Positions 1 to 10,166 of a stretch of 64,000 nt of DNA are shown in pieces. The DNA comes from Candidatus Eiseniibacteriota bacterium (GTDB lineage Bacteria; Eisenbacteria; RBG-16-71-46). The notes beneath the pieces were generated by a model. The model searched no databases, had not been told where the DNA came from, and worked only from the letters and a program-made list of their open reading frames with translations. Position 1 is the stretch's first letter; every line of letters begins with the position of its first letter. A program made the position numbers and the translations under genes. The stretch is from positions 2,656,001 through 2,720,000 of the forward strand of contig OY970178.1 of NCBI GenBank assembly GCA_963707915.1, written 5' to 3'.

Positions 1-1898
1 CAGGTGACCCCGTGGTCGTCCGAGCGCGCCAGGTTGAGGTTCGAGCCGCCGCCGCAGATCGAGGCCGATTCGCGCCAGTCGTACCACGTGCAGTAGGGCT
101 TGCCCTCACCCACCCGGGCGTCGGCGTGATTCCCGCCCACGGCCACCTCGGGGAGCCAGTCGTCGTACCCGGCGGGGCTGTCGCTCGCCCGCGCGGGCGT
201 GGACCAGGTCGCGCCGCCGTCCGACCAGGTCACGAACACGTCGCGGTGGTCGCGCGCGCGCTCCCCCGGCGTGGGGGTGTCGAGACCCGTGGAGATCCGG
301 TAGGAGCCGGTGCTGTTGTCCCACGACGCGCAGCGCAAATAGTAGGTGCCGGTCACGGGCAGGGAGAAGCAGATGAAGTTGGTCAGCCCCTTGCCGGGCG
401 CGGAGAGGGCGAGACGGGTCACGCCGTCGCTGCAGAAGAGCCGCAGCGACATGCTGAGGTTGGTGCTGATCGAGTCGGCGAAGAAGATCAGCGTCTGGCC
501 CGCGGTGCCGCTGAAGCTGAAGAAATCGAGATCCGAGGGTGACAACAGGGTGCCCCGCAGGACCTTGCCGGGGGTGAACGCGTTGGCGTTGGCGGGCGTG
601 CCGTTGGCCTCCGTCTCGGAGACGGATCCGGTCGTGCCCAGGGCATCGTCGTAGAAGTCGACGGACTCGTTCCACGCCAGGTAGACGCGGCCGCGATCCG
701 CCCCGGCCGAGCGGTCCACCGCGATCGCGGGGTAGGTGATGCCCGTGCCGCGGTTGAACCCCGGCGCGCCGCTGCCGAAGTTCGAGTAGATCGATGCCGC
801 GGTGACGGCCGGGGCGAAACCGGCGCCCTGGTCGACCGACTTGCGGATCATCAGGTGGTCCGCGTAGGGGCTCGTCGTGTCCATCGAGTGCCAGACCACG
901 TAGACCTCGCCGTCGGGTCCCACCGCCGGGCGGGAGCCCTGCACGTACCCGGCCTCCGTGTTCGAGGAAAGGCGCTGGGGCGAGTCCCAGGCCGTGCCGC
1001 CCACCGAGGAGCGCTGGAAGACGATGGTGTCCGCCGAGACGGCGAAGACCGTGTAGGACAGGTAGAGCCGGCCGCTGAGCGAGTCCGCCACCAGCCAGGG
1101 CTTGTCGAAGAGCACCGAGGCGATGGCACCCGAGCGCACCAGCGTGGGCGTGCTCCACTGCACCGCGCCGGCGTTGAAGCGCGCCCGGGCGACGGCGATG
1201 CCATTCCGCGTGGAGTTGTCGTCCACCATGGCGCAGAACCAGAAATCGTCCGTCTTCTCGTCGACGGTGACGAGCGGGTCGCTGGCCCACCGCCAGCCCG
1301 CCGGCGCCGGAGGAGCGCCGCCGTCGGTGAAGGTGACCCCGCCGTCCACCGAGTAGCCGTAGCCCTGCGTGCTGGTGTACGGGGAGGTCGTGAATCCCAG
1401 CCCGTCGTTCCAGGCGACCAGGACGTTCGAGCCGTGGGCGGCGATCATCTGTTCGGCCTGCCCCACGTCGGTGGAGCCGGCGTCCTGCGCGCGGTCGTTG
1501 ACGAGCACGTCGGGGACCAGCGCCGCCGGGGCCTGCGCGGCAGAAGTCGCCAGGGGCGCGGCGGCGGGCGCGCCCGGGCCCTGCGTGCCGCCGGCCTCGT
1601 TCCAGTCGGCCGGTCGCCGGACGCGGGCGCCGGTCCGGGTCTGCCCGGGGTGCTTGCGGAGCGAGTGCGCGAGCGCCTTCGCGCGCGCCATCTTCGCGCG
1701 CGCCCCCTGCATGAGGAGCCGCTGCTGCAGGAGTTTGAGCGCGGGCGCGTAAGTGGAGACCTTCACCCCGTCCGCCGGCCGGGTCGCGTCGGCCCGCGCG
1801 AAGGACTGCCCGACGGCGGCCGGCGAGGTCGTGGCGACGAAGACCGCCAGCGCGAGCGCTGCGCGGAGCGTGGCGGTGTGCTGGATGCGCGACGGCAT
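1..1898 (-). CDS. Secreted sialidase-like/BNR (Asp-box) beta-propeller protein with an inserted PPC-like domain; runs off the window's left edge
   Basis: Manually translated (absent from ORF track): MPSRIQHTATLRAALALAVF signal peptide; Asp-boxes YSVDGGVTF, KSVDQGAGF, WSDGGATW; DKPWLVAD; ETEANGTPANA...DLDFFSF PPC-like segment; AGGA upstream of ATG. Confidence 0.75.
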   Translation of the reverse strand, partial: MPSRIQHTATLRAALALAVFVATTSPAAVGQSFARADATRPADGVKVSTYAPALKLLQQRLLMQGARAKMARAKALAHSLRKHPGQTRTGARVRRPADWNEAGGTQGPGAPAAAPLATSAAQAPAALVPDVLVNDRAQDAGSTDVGQAEQMIAAHGSNVLVAWNDGLGFTTSPYTSTQGYGYSVDGGVTFTDGGAPPAPAGWRWASDPLVTVDEKTDDFWFCAMVDDNSTRNGIAVARARFNAGAVQWSTPTLVRSGAIASVLFDKPWLVADSLSGRLYLSYTVFAVSADTIVFQRSSVGGTAWDSPQRLSSNTEAGYVQGSRPAVGPDGEVYVVWHSMDTTSPYADHLMIRKSVDQGAGFAPAVTAASIYSNFGSGAPGFNRGTGITYPAIAVDRSAGADRGRVYLAWNESVDFYDDALGTTGSVSETEANGTPANANAFTPGKVLRGTLLSPSDLDFFSFSGTAGQTLIFFADSISTNLSMSLRLFCSDGVTRLALSAPGKGLTNFICFSLPVTGTYYLRCASWDNSTGSYRISTGLDTPTPGERARDHRDVFVTWSDGGATWSTPARASDSPAGYDDWLPEVAVGGNHADARVGEGKPYCTWYDWRESASICGGGSNLNLARSDDHGVT

Positions 1899-2097
1899 GT
1901 CGGATGTCCTTCTCAGGGTTGGGGGTCCGGACCCCGCGCACGTCCCTGTCCCGGGAGAACCGGCCCGGGCTCCACGGCGCCCGGCACCGCTGGACGCGGG
2001 GCGCTCCTGCGGTTCCCGCCGGGCAATCTTCGCACCCCCCGCGGTCGGGAGTCCACCCGGTTGCGGGTCCCGTTTCCTGGCGGGATCCGGCGCCGGC

Positions 2098-3969
2098 TCA
2101 GGGCGCCGGCGTGACGCCGAGGATCCGCGCCACGCGCAGGGCGTTCGCGTCCATCGGGTCGAGCGCGAGGCACTTGCCCAGGGCGTCCAGGGCGCCCGCA
2201 CGGTCACCGCGCTTCTGCGCGAGTATCGCCTTCAGCAGCCAGTAGCTGGGATTCAGCTCGTGGAGGCGGCCGCCGGCCAGGAGAAGCAGCGAGTCGGCGC
2301 GCGCGAGGTTCCCGGTGGTCAGGGCGATCTGGGCCTGGGCCAGGTTGACCAGGCCGTGGAAGGCGAGGCCCTCCCCCGGCTGGGCCCGCTGCGCCTCGAC
2401 CAGGAGCGATTCGCTCGCCTGCCAGGAACGCTGGAACATCCGATCGTAGCCGGCCTGGAAGAGCGCGAGCGCCCGGGGCTCGATGATCGTGGCCGGCCAG
2501 GGCCGGCCGGAGTCGTACTCGACCAGCGCGGCCCGCGGCGCGGTCCACCCGCCCATGCCGCCGAAGGGGGCCCAGGCCAGGGTGCTGTCCCGGTACCACA
2601 CCTGCAGCGCGGTCCCGGTGTCGAAGCCGATCTCGGCGAACTGCGGGAGGTTCCAGTAGCGCACGATCGAGCCGGGTTCCAGGCGTGGGTAGCGGTCGAG
2701 CAGGGCCGTTCGCGAGGAGCCCACGATGCGTTGCAGGCGCACGATGCGCGCCAGGCAGAGGTCGGAACCCGGTGGCGGCTCGCCCGTGACGAGGGCGGGC
2801 GCCGGGCTCGCGAGGAGCAGTGCCGCCAGCCGCAGCGCCACCAGCAGGCCCGCCAGCCACGGGGAGACCAGCGCGAGCCAGCCGGTCAGCGCGAAGGCGA
2901 GGCCGAGGGCGGCGACCGTGGTGCGCCAGGCGTTCCAGTCGGGGAAGATCATCGCCAGCGGCACCGCGCCGGCCACGAACCAGGCGAGGCCGCCCAGCAG
3001 CACGGGCGCCGCGTCCGCGATCCGCTTCCGGGCCGCGCGGGAGAAGGACCCGGCGAGCGCCACCGCCACCAGTAGCCCGCAGAGCGCGAGGTGCGGCCCG
3101 GACAGCGCCGGAGGGAGACCCTCGCCCCCCGTTTGCGCGACGAACGTCCGGACCACGACGCTCCAGAGCGCCTCCGCCGGCAGACCGGCCCCGGCCCCCG
3201 GTGGCAGGCCGACGCCGTGGGCCCGCGCGACCGCGTAGCCCGCCCCCCACAGCGCGGCGACCGCCGTCGTCCCCGCGCCCCAGCGCGCGGTCTCCCTCCA
3301 CGATCGGGTGCGGAACCACGCCACCAGCGGGAGCGTGGGCAGCACGACGATGGCCGCCTCGTTGCTGAGCAGCGCCAGCAGCGAAGCCGCGGCCGCGAAG
3401 GTCAGACGTCCGGCCGCAGCGCGCTCGACCGCGAGGGCGGCGAAGACCGTGGGGAGCAGGTGCTGGGCGGCGCTCGGCCAGGCCAGGAAGATGCGTGCGG
3501 GCTCGGCCAGGAGCGGGAAGCAGGCGATGGCGGCCGAGACCGGAGCGTCGAAGCGGCGACGCGCGAGCCGGTAGAGCACGGCATAGAGCGCGAGGAGCAG
3601 GAGCGCCGCCAGCAGGGGGGCGAGCCAGGGCGCGCTCATCAGCCACGGCCCCGCGAGCAGGAAGTAGAGCTGGCGGCTCACCGGGCGCCAGTAGTAGGGC
3701 GCGCCCATCGAGCCGAGGGGATCGAGCGTCGGGTCGAAGACGAGATGCCAGAGGAAGAAGTAGTCGTCGGCCACCGGCGTGCCCAGCGTCGGACCGCGAC
3801 TGGCCCAGAACAGCGGCAGGATGGCCAGTGCGCCCGCGAGCGCCCAGAGCATGGGGGCACCGGCACGGCCTGCCGCCGTCCGGTCCCCGTCCCGCCGTGC
3901 GGCACCGCCCGGCGCGTCATGCGCCCGGGCGAGCGGCTCGTGACGGCGCGCTCCGCGGCCCGGCGTCAC
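2098..3969 (-). CDS. Multi-pass membrane protein (GT-C-like) with C-terminal TPR
   Basis: ADDY.FL and YWRPVSRQLYF motifs, many TM helices, TPR-like C-terminus; GTG start overlaps upstream stop (GTGA); alternative ATG at 3852. Confidence 0.65.
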   Translation of the reverse strand: MTPGRGARRHEPLARAHDAPGGAARRDGDRTAAGRAGAPMLWALAGALAILPLFWASRGPTLGTPVADDYFFLWHLVFDPTLDPLGSMGAPYYWRPVSRQLYFLLAGPWLMSAPWLAPLLAALLLLALYAVLYRLARRRFDAPVSAAIACFPLLAEPARIFLAWPSAAQHLLPTVFAALAVERAAAGRLTFAAAASLLALLSNEAAIVVLPTLPLVAWFRTRSWRETARWGAGTTAVAALWGAGYAVARAHGVGLPPGAGAGLPAEALWSVVVRTFVAQTGGEGLPPALSGPHLALCGLLVAVALAGSFSRAARKRIADAAPVLLGGLAWFVAGAVPLAMIFPDWNAWRTTVAALGLAFALTGWLALVSPWLAGLLVALRLAALLLASPAPALVTGEPPPGSDLCLARIVRLQRIVGSSRTALLDRYPRLEPGSIVRYWNLPQFAEIGFDTGTALQVWYRDSTLAWAPFGGMGGWTAPRAALVEYDSGRPWPATIIEPRALALFQAGYDRMFQRSWQASESLLVEAQRAQPGEGLAFHGLVNLAQAQIALTTGNLARADSLLLLAGGRLHELNPSYWLLKAILAQKRGDRAGALDALGKCLALDPMDANALRVARILGVTPAP

Positions 3970-5783
3970 GGTCCGGTGGCCCCGTCCCGGGCGGGGTCGG
4001 GTGCCGCGCTGCGGTCCGGGCTCGCGCCGTCCACGGGGAACAGCGCTTCGCGCGCCGGCCCGCGCAGCGTGACGTCCAGCGAGTCGGCCGGCGGCAGGAG
4101 CGCCGGGTCGAGCCAGCCCTTGGCGATCATGGCCCGGCCGATGAAGTGCATCTGCGCGCGCTCGAAGGGCCGCAGCGCGCCGTCGGGGGCGAAGCGGTAG
4201 CGCCACCGGGTGGGCGCCGGCACCACCGTGGCGAGGAAGAGCGCCTCGGCCACCGTGACCCGCGCCGGGTCCTTGTCGAAGTAGTAACGCGTGGCCTCGG
4301 CCGCGCCGTGGACGTCGGGGCCCCATTCGATGATGTTGAGGTAGAGCTCGAGCAGGCGGTGCTTCGGGGCGACCGTCAGGTGCTCGAGCACCCAGGCCAG
4401 CACGACCTCCTGCGCCTTGCGGGAGAGCGTGCGCTCGTGGCCGAGCCACAGGTTGCGCACCAGCTGCATGGTGACGGTGCCCGCGCCGCGGCGCCAGGCG
4501 CCGGCCTTCACGTTGAAGGCGATGGCGAGCTGGATGGCGTCGGTGTTGAAGCCGCGGTGGCGGAAGAAACCGCCGTCCTCGTTGGTGAGCACGGCGTGGA
4601 CCAGGTTCGAGTCGACGGCCTCGAGCGGGCGGAAGAAGGGGTTCTGCGACGACATCTCGCGGGTGACCAGGCGCCCGTGCGGCAAGTGGATGGTGGCCAG
4701 GAAGGGCTGCTCGAGCCGGAACAGGTCGAGCGTGGTGCGCGCCGAGTCGAGGAAGAGCCCGTGCGGGACGACGTCGGCCTCGAAGCGGACGCTGTCGGGT
4801 CGCGCCAGGTCGAGGTCGAGCGCGAGCCGGTAGTCGAACGACCCGCGCACGGTGAGCCCGGTGAGGGGGCCCAGCACTTCGCGCGGCACGCTGGCCAGGA
4901 CCCGGCGCTCGGTGATGCCGTCGGCGGCGAGGCGGAAGGCGAGCCGGGGGCCGCGCCGCGCGAGCGAGCCGCCGAGCGTGATCGGCAGCTCGCCGAAGGA
5001 GACGCGCGTCGAGTCGGCGAGCCGCAGCACGCCCGCCCGCCGGTCCTGGGTGAGCGCACCGTCCACCGTGACGCGCAAGGGCCCGGCCGGTCCGCCCGCG
5101 GGCCCGTCGATCCGCAGCAGGGCGGCGCCCCGGAGGCGGTCGTCGTGCCCGTAGGAGAGCGCCACGTCGAAGGGGACCTCGTGCTCGAGGGCGAGCGTCC
5201 CCGCGGCGCGCAGGCGCATGCCGCCGGGGGCATGGTCGAGCGCGAGCCAGGCGAGCCGTCCACCGCGCAACGGCGTGTCCCCGCCGGCCGGCGCGGCGAC
5301 CACCAGGTCGCGCACCTCGAGGCGCGGCAGCCGCCGCGCGGGCGCCAGCAGCAGGCCGGTGAGCGACTCGGCCGCGCGGCGCAGCTTCGCGGCGCGCGGG
5401 CTGACGGCGGCGGGCAGGTCCTCCGGGGGGCCGAGCGTGTCGGGCAGGCTCGCCGGGCGCGTCACCAGGCGCAGGCGCGCGTGGGAGATCGCGAGGTCGG
5501 TGGCGCGGGGGCGCAGCACCAGCAGCGACCAGGGATCCATCGCGATCCCGAGCGAATCCGCGGTGATCAGCGTGTCGCCCCGGGCGCGTTCGCAGACCAC
5601 GATGCCACGCAGCCCGGCGCGCAGCGGGAAACGCACGCCCAGGTGGTCCCAGTGGACGGTGAGCCCGCGTTCGCGGGCGACGTGCCGGAGCCCCCAGGAG
5701 AGCGCCGCGGGTGCCAGCAGGCGCGTCGCGCCCAGCAGGGCGAGCAGCGCGGCAGCGGCGATCCAGAGACGTCGCGTGGACAT
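3966..5783 (-). CDS. Peptidoglycan transglycosylase (GT51) domain protein with long N-terminal extension
   Basis: EDGGFFRHRG, GAGTVTMQLVRNL, RKAQE and LELYLNIIEWG motifs; N-terminal TM anchor. Confidence 0.85.
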   Translation of the reverse strand: MSTRRLWIAAAALLALLGATRLLAPAALSWGLRHVARERGLTVHWDHLGVRFPLRAGLRGIVVCERARGDTLITADSLGIAMDPWSLLVLRPRATDLAISHARLRLVTRPASLPDTLGPPEDLPAAVSPRAAKLRRAAESLTGLLLAPARRLPRLEVRDLVVAAPAGGDTPLRGGRLAWLALDHAPGGMRLRAAGTLALEHEVPFDVALSYGHDDRLRGAALLRIDGPAGGPAGPLRVTVDGALTQDRRAGVLRLADSTRVSFGELPITLGGSLARRGPRLAFRLAADGITERRVLASVPREVLGPLTGLTVRGSFDYRLALDLDLARPDSVRFEADVVPHGLFLDSARTTLDLFRLEQPFLATIHLPHGRLVTREMSSQNPFFRPLEAVDSNLVHAVLTNEDGGFFRHRGFNTDAIQLAIAFNVKAGAWRRGAGTVTMQLVRNLWLGHERTLSRKAQEVVLAWVLEHLTVAPKHRLLELYLNIIEWGPDVHGAAEATRYYFDKDPARVTVAEALFLATVVPAPTRWRYRFAPDGALRPFERAQMHFIGRAMIAKGWLDPALLPPADSLDVTLRGPAREALFPVDGASPDRSAAPDPARDGATGP

Positions 5784-5855
5784 GGCGCGCGGCACTCTAC
5801 CCGCCCGGAGAGGACCGGGCCAACCGGGCGGGGGTCGCACCCATCCGGGCCCCGC

Positions 5856-6221
5856 TCAGTCTCCGCGGTAGGTGCAGCGTGCCGTGCAGGTCTCGTGCAC
5901 GGTGATGGCCGTGAGCCCGGGGAGGCCGGGTGCGAGCCGGCGCCACAGCCAGCCGCACAGCACCTCGGAGGTGGCGTTCTCGAGCCCGGGCACGTCGTTC
6001 AGCGTCCGGTGGTCCAGCTCGCGCCTGAGCACGGGCTCGACCACCGCCGTGATGCCGGCATAGTCCACCAGCCAGCCGGTCCCCGGGTCCACCTCGCCGG
6101 CCAGCGCGATCTCGATGCGGAACGAGTGGCCGTGCAGGCGGTGGCACTTGTGCTCGGGCGGCACCATGGGCAGGCGGTGCGCCGCCTCGAAGCGGAACTC
6201 CTTGGTCAGTTCGACTCGCAT
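5856..6221 (-). CDS. queD: 6-carboxy-5,6,7,8-tetrahydropterin synthase
   Basis: FEAAHRLP...CHRLHGHSF...LDHRTLN...ENATSE...ET motifs. Confidence 0.95.
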   Translation of the reverse strand: MRVELTKEFRFEAAHRLPMVPPEHKCHRLHGHSFRIEIALAGEVDPGTGWLVDYAGITAVVEPVLRRELDHRTLNDVPGLENATSEVLCGWLWRRLAPGLPGLTAITVHETCTARCTYRGD

Positions 6222-6943
6222 GGTCCGCTCCGGGAAGTGGGCTCGGGGCCCCGGTCGTTCGTCGCATAGCGCACGGGGTCGGGCAGGCCGGCCTCGCGGA
6301 AGCCCTTCAGGCGCAGCCGGCAGGCATCGCAACGTCCGCAGGCGGCACCGTCGGGGGCCGGATCGTAGCAGGTGTGGGTGAGCGAGTAGTCGAGCCCGAG
6401 CGAGAGCCCGAGCCGGATCACCCCGGCCTTGTCGAGGGTCATGAGCGGCGTGTGCACGGTGAAGACCCGGCCCTCCGCGCCGGCGCGGGTGGCGACGTTC
6501 GCGAGCGCCTCGAAGGCGCGCACGAACTCCGGACGGCAGTCCGGGTAGCCCGAGTAGTCGAGCGCGTTCATGCCGGCCACGAGATCGTGCGCACCGAGCG
6601 TCTCCGCCAGGGCGAGAGCGAGGCCCAGCAGCACGGTGTTGCGCGCGGGCACGTAGGTGACGGGGATGTCCGAGCCCATCGCGTGCTCGTCGCGATCGCG
6701 CGGGACCTCGAGGTCGGCGGTCAGGGCCGAGCCCCCGATGGCGCGCAGGTCCAGCCGGAGCTCGCGGTGCCCGGCCGACCCGAGGGCCTGCGCCACGCGC
6801 CGCGCCGCCGCGAGCTCCACGCGGTGACGCTGGCCGTAGTCCACCGCGAGCGTCCAGCACTCGAAGCCCCGGTCGCGCGCCCAGGCGAGGCAGGTCGAGG
6901 AATCGAGCCCGCCCGAGAGCAGCACGACCGCGGGGGCGCTCAC
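6206..6943 (-). CDS. queC: 7-cyano-7-deazaguanine synthase
   Basis: [33 protein letters not shown]. Confidence 0.97.
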   Translation of the reverse strand: MSAPAVVLLSGGLDSSTCLAWARDRGFECWTLAVDYGQRHRVELAAARRVAQALGSAGHRELRLDLRAIGGSALTADLEVPRDRDEHAMGSDIPVTYVPARNTVLLGLALALAETLGAHDLVAGMNALDYSGYPDCRPEFVRAFEALANVATRAGAEGRVFTVHTPLMTLDKAGVIRLGLSLGLDYSLTHTCYDPAPDGAACGRCDACRLRLKGFREAGLPDPVRYATNDRGPEPTSRSGPCESN

Positions 6944-6953
6944 GCCGGGGCCC

Positions 6954-7625
6954 TCACACGCCCCGCCGCGCGCCCCACAGCCACACGTGGAGGCGCGGCG
7001 AGAGCCGGAAGCCGTGGCGCTTGCAGAGCTCGGCGAGCGCCACCGCGCGGTCGCGCAGCCCGTCGTCGGTGTAGCCCTCGGGCATGAGCATGACGCGCCC
7101 CGCCGGGATGGCGTTCTCCTCGATCAGGCGCAGTGCGTCCGCCGGGTCGGGGTCCTCGCCCACGACGATCTTGAACGCGGCGTTGGGCTCGGCGAGCCAG
7201 GCGGGGACATGGCTCCAGGTCCGCTCCCAGCGCGCGGTGGCGCGAGGCAGCTTGGGCGAGACGGTCCAGTGGAGCTGCTCGTGCGACAGCGGCGGCGGCA
7301 GCACGCCGGCGGTCTCGACCTCGACCCGCTCCCAGCGGTCGAGCGCGCGCTCGAGCAGCGCGCCCAGGGCCGGTGTCTCGAGCGGCTCGCCGCCGGTCAC
7401 CACCAGCAACGGGGCGGGACCGAGGGCGCGCAACTCGTCGAGCAGCAGTTCGGGCTCGCACTCGCGCCCGCCGCCGGCGTCCCAGGAGTACTTCGTGTCG
7501 CACCAGCCGCAGCCGACGGAGCAGCCCTGCAGCCGCAGGAAGTGCGCGGGCATGCCCGCCGAAGGGCCTTCGCCCTGCAGCGAGAGGAAGGTCTCGCTCA
7601 CGCGCACCGTGCGGGCGGCGGACAT
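6954..7625 (-). CDS. queE: 7-carboxy-7-deazaguanine synthase (radical SAM)
   Basis: [25 protein letters not shown]; adjacent to queC/queD. Confidence 0.93.
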   Translation of the reverse strand: MSAARTVRVSETFLSLQGEGPSAGMPAHFLRLQGCSVGCGWCDTKYSWDAGGGRECEPELLLDELRALGPAPLLVVTGGEPLETPALGALLERALDRWERVEVETAGVLPPPLSHEQLHWTVSPKLPRATARWERTWSHVPAWLAEPNAAFKIVVGEDPDPADALRLIEENAIPAGRVMLMPEGYTDDGLRDRAVALAELCKRHGFRLSPRLHVWLWGARRGV

Positions 7626-7627
7626 GA

Positions 7628-7810
7628 TCAGTGTCCGTCCCTGCGGCCGAGGTCGAACTCCTTGCTGCAGTTGAAGCACTTCCAGTGGAAGGTCGCCTGC
7701 GTGGCGGGCCACGCGACGTAGTCGTTGCGGCCGCAGCCGGGGCACGAGATGCGCGTGCGCTCGGTCTTGCCGTGGGCGGCGAGGGAGTCCTTCGAGATCT
7801 CCTGCATCAT
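7628..7810 (-). CDS. Small Zn-ribbon protein
   Basis: 60 aa with CPGC...CFNC; stop lies 2 nt before the queE start. Confidence 0.7.
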   Translation of the reverse strand: MMQEISKDSLAAHGKTERTRISCPGCGRNDYVAWPATQATFHWKCFNCSKEFDLGRRDGH

Positions 7811-7898
7811 GGCTCGTCCCGGATCGGGGTGGGACCGCGTGGTGGAAGCGAACGGCGGAGTATAGGCGCGGGGAGCGAGGGGCGGAAATGGCGGACCC

Positions 7899-9266
7899 CT
7901 AGCCGCCTCCGCCGGGGCGGTCCACGTCGCTCCAGCCGTCCACGGCGGGCGCCCGGCCCCCGGCCGGGAGGCCGCGCGAGTCGCGCAGCTTCCAGGCCGC
8001 GCGCACGCCCACGAGGCCGGCGGCCGAGCACAGCGCGAACAGCACCGGGGCGTTGAGCCAGTCCACCAGCGCGCCGCCGAGCATGGGTAGCAGCATGGTG
8101 GGGCCGAGGAAGGTGTTGATGAGTCCGACGAAGGCCTGGCGGCGGCCGGGCGGAGCGAGCAGCAGCATGAGGCTCGAATACCCCACGCCGATCGCGCTCT
8201 GCGCGGCGCCGCCCAGGCCGATCACGGCCTCGAGGGCGAGCACCGCCGCGCCGGCGGGGAGCCAGTCCAGTCCCCAGGGCGAGGCGACGGCGATCGCGGC
8301 CGCGGCCAGCGGCAACGCGCTGCAGGCCGCCGCCCCGATGCGCAGCAGCACGCGGTCGCCGTGGCGGACCGAGAGCCGGTGCCAGAGCAGGTTCGAGAGC
8401 ACGAAGCCGGTCATGCGCACCAGCAGGAACGTGCCGGCGGTGCGTGCGCTGCCGCCCAGCTGGTGCACGGCGAACAACACGATGAAGGGCGCCGCCGCGA
8501 ACCACACCGAGAGCGTGGCGCGCGCGATCAGCAGGCGGCGGAAGTGCGCGTCGTGCGCCAGCATCGACAGCCCTTCGCGCAGCATGCCGAGCGGGCCGCC
8601 GGGCTCGGGGGACGGCGCGGCGGCAGGCTCGCGGATGACCGAGAAGCACCCGTACCCGAGCGAGACCAGCACGGCGGCGATGGCGAAGAGCATCGCGAAG
8701 CGCGGAGCGTCGGTCCCGCCCTGGAACAGCTGGCGCACGAACAGCCCGGCGGCGCCGGCGAACAGCCCGCCCCAGAACAGGCGCAATGCCCAGTAGGCCC
8801 CGAGTCGCTCGCGCGGCACGGTCTTGCCGACCACCTCCATGAAGGGGACTGCGGCCAGCCCCGAGCCGAACGCGTAGGCGCCGTAGCAGGACAGGAACGT
8901 GGCGAGCAGCGCGGTCGGGTGGGCCGCGAGCGGCACGATGAGCAGCGCGAGCAGCGTGAAGGCGAGCCCGCGCACCACGGCGGCGAAACGGTAGAGCCCG
9001 AGCGAACGGGGCCGGCGCGAGAGGAAGGGCACGGTGGCGAACTGCGGCAGGAACCAGCCGAGGTCCGGAAGCGCGGCGCTGAAGCCGATGAGCGCGTTCG
9101 AGGTGGTGAGCTTCGAGAGGAACACCGGGATGACGGTGTTCGCGTCGACGAAGCCCTCGCCGCCCTGGTAGAGCGCGCCGTTCCAGACCCCGAGCCGGAA
9201 GGAGCGGCGTTGCTGGGGGCCGGAGGTGCCGGCGACGGGGTCGGGCCTGGCGGTGGTGGGATCCAT
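7899..9266 (-). CDS. MFS transporter
   Basis: About 12 hydrophobic helices, 455 aa. Confidence 0.85.
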   Translation of the reverse strand: MDPTTARPDPVAGTSGPQQRRSFRLGVWNGALYQGGEGFVDANTVIPVFLSKLTTSNALIGFSAALPDLGWFLPQFATVPFLSRRPRSLGLYRFAAVVRGLAFTLLALLIVPLAAHPTALLATFLSCYGAYAFGSGLAAVPFMEVVGKTVPRERLGAYWALRLFWGGLFAGAAGLFVRQLFQGGTDAPRFAMLFAIAAVLVSLGYGCFSVIREPAAAPSPEPGGPLGMLREGLSMLAHDAHFRRLLIARATLSVWFAAAPFIVLFAVHQLGGSARTAGTFLLVRMTGFVLSNLLWHRLSVRHGDRVLLRIGAAACSALPLAAAAIAVASPWGLDWLPAGAAVLALEAVIGLGGAAQSAIGVGYSSLMLLLAPPGRRQAFVGLINTFLGPTMLLPMLGGALVDWLNAPVLFALCSAAGLVGVRAAWKLRDSRGLPAGGRAPAVDGWSDVDRPGGGG

Positions 9267-9308
9267 CGGACCGGGGAGGATGGCTCCGGGGGCGGGCGCC
9301 GCGCAAAC

Positions 9309-9344
9309 GGAACCGGCGCCCGGGTTGGACCGGGCGCCGGTTCC
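9309..9344 (-). terminator. Rho-independent terminator-like hairpin
   Basis: Perfect 15-bp stem GGAACCGGCGCCCGG/CCGGGCGCCGGTTCC, 6-nt loop, just after the stop at 9358, followed by GTTT on the minus strand. Confidence 0.75.
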
Positions 9345-9357
9345 AATCGATCGAGGG

Positions 9358-10113
9358 TCAGCGATACAGGGTCTTGATCTTGCCCCACGTGGAGGACTGC
9401 GCCGGCACGATCGCGGGCGGGTCCCACTTGCCGTTCGGGTGGGCGCTCCAGCCGGTCGGCAGCGGACAGGTGCCGACCGGGGAACCGGCCGGCGGCACCG
9501 GGCACCAGAGGCCGTCCATCAGGTTGACGGAGTTGTCGACCCGGCCGAAGAGCGTCCCGCCGGTGCACTGGTAGTTCGCCCTGAAACTGCTGGTGTACGA
9601 CCCGAGGCTGCTCCGCGTGATGATCACGTTCAGCGAATCCGGGAACACCCCGCTCAGGATCAGGGTGCCGTCCACGAAAGCATCGGGGACGACCCCGGCC
9701 GCGGGAAGTGCCGGCAGCGTGGCCGTGGTCGGCGCGTTGCGCGGGGAGCCCGCGTAGATGCGGAAGCCGCCGCCCAAGTACTTCGTCGTGTACCTCGTGC
9801 TCGAGCCGAGGGCCCGGGTGACCGTCCCCTGCGAGACCAGGCCGTCCCAGACGAAGGTGTACTCGGTGTTGGGATCCAGCGGGTTGAGGTCGGTGAACGG
9901 ACTGCAGAACAGCGACACGATGCCCACCACCGTGAGCTGGCTGCCCGCCGCGGACGTCAGCGTCCCGGGCGTGTAGTTCGTCTCGTAGGCGAAGGCGTCG
10001 GCGTCGAACTTGATCATCGGCGGCGCGGAGCCGCACTGGGCGAGCGCCAGCGTCGCGGACAGCGCCGTGGCCGCCAACCCGACGACCACCGCCACCCCGA
10101 ACTTGCTCTTCAT
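9358..10113 (-). CDS. Secreted protein with C-terminal TWGKIKTLYR motif
   Basis: Signal peptide MKSKFGVAVVVGLAATALSATLALAQ; GGAGG RBS; C-terminus VPAQSSTWGKIKTLYR. Confidence 0.85.
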   Translation of the reverse strand: MKSKFGVAVVVGLAATALSATLALAQCGSAPPMIKFDADAFAYETNYTPGTLTSAAGSQLTVVGIVSLFCSPFTDLNPLDPNTEYTFVWDGLVSQGTVTRALGSSTRYTTKYLGGGFRIYAGSPRNAPTTATLPALPAAGVVPDAFVDGTLILSGVFPDSLNVIITRSSLGSYTSSFRANYQCTGGTLFGRVDNSVNLMDGLWCPVPPAGSPVGTCPLPTGWSAHPNGKWDPPAIVPAQSSTWGKIKTLYR

Positions 10114-10166
10114 AAGGATACCTCCATCACGAAGTCGCCCGGACATTGCCGGAAGCGGAGTCGAGG

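Noticed and set aside
5856..7625. dpd-type 7-deazaguanine DNA modification system
   Set aside because: No dpdA/tgt-like or other dpd genes nearby; consistent with ordinary queuosine precursor synthesis
7811..7898. preQ1 riboswitch upstream of the que operon
   Set aside because: No recognisable preQ1 stem or A-rich tail
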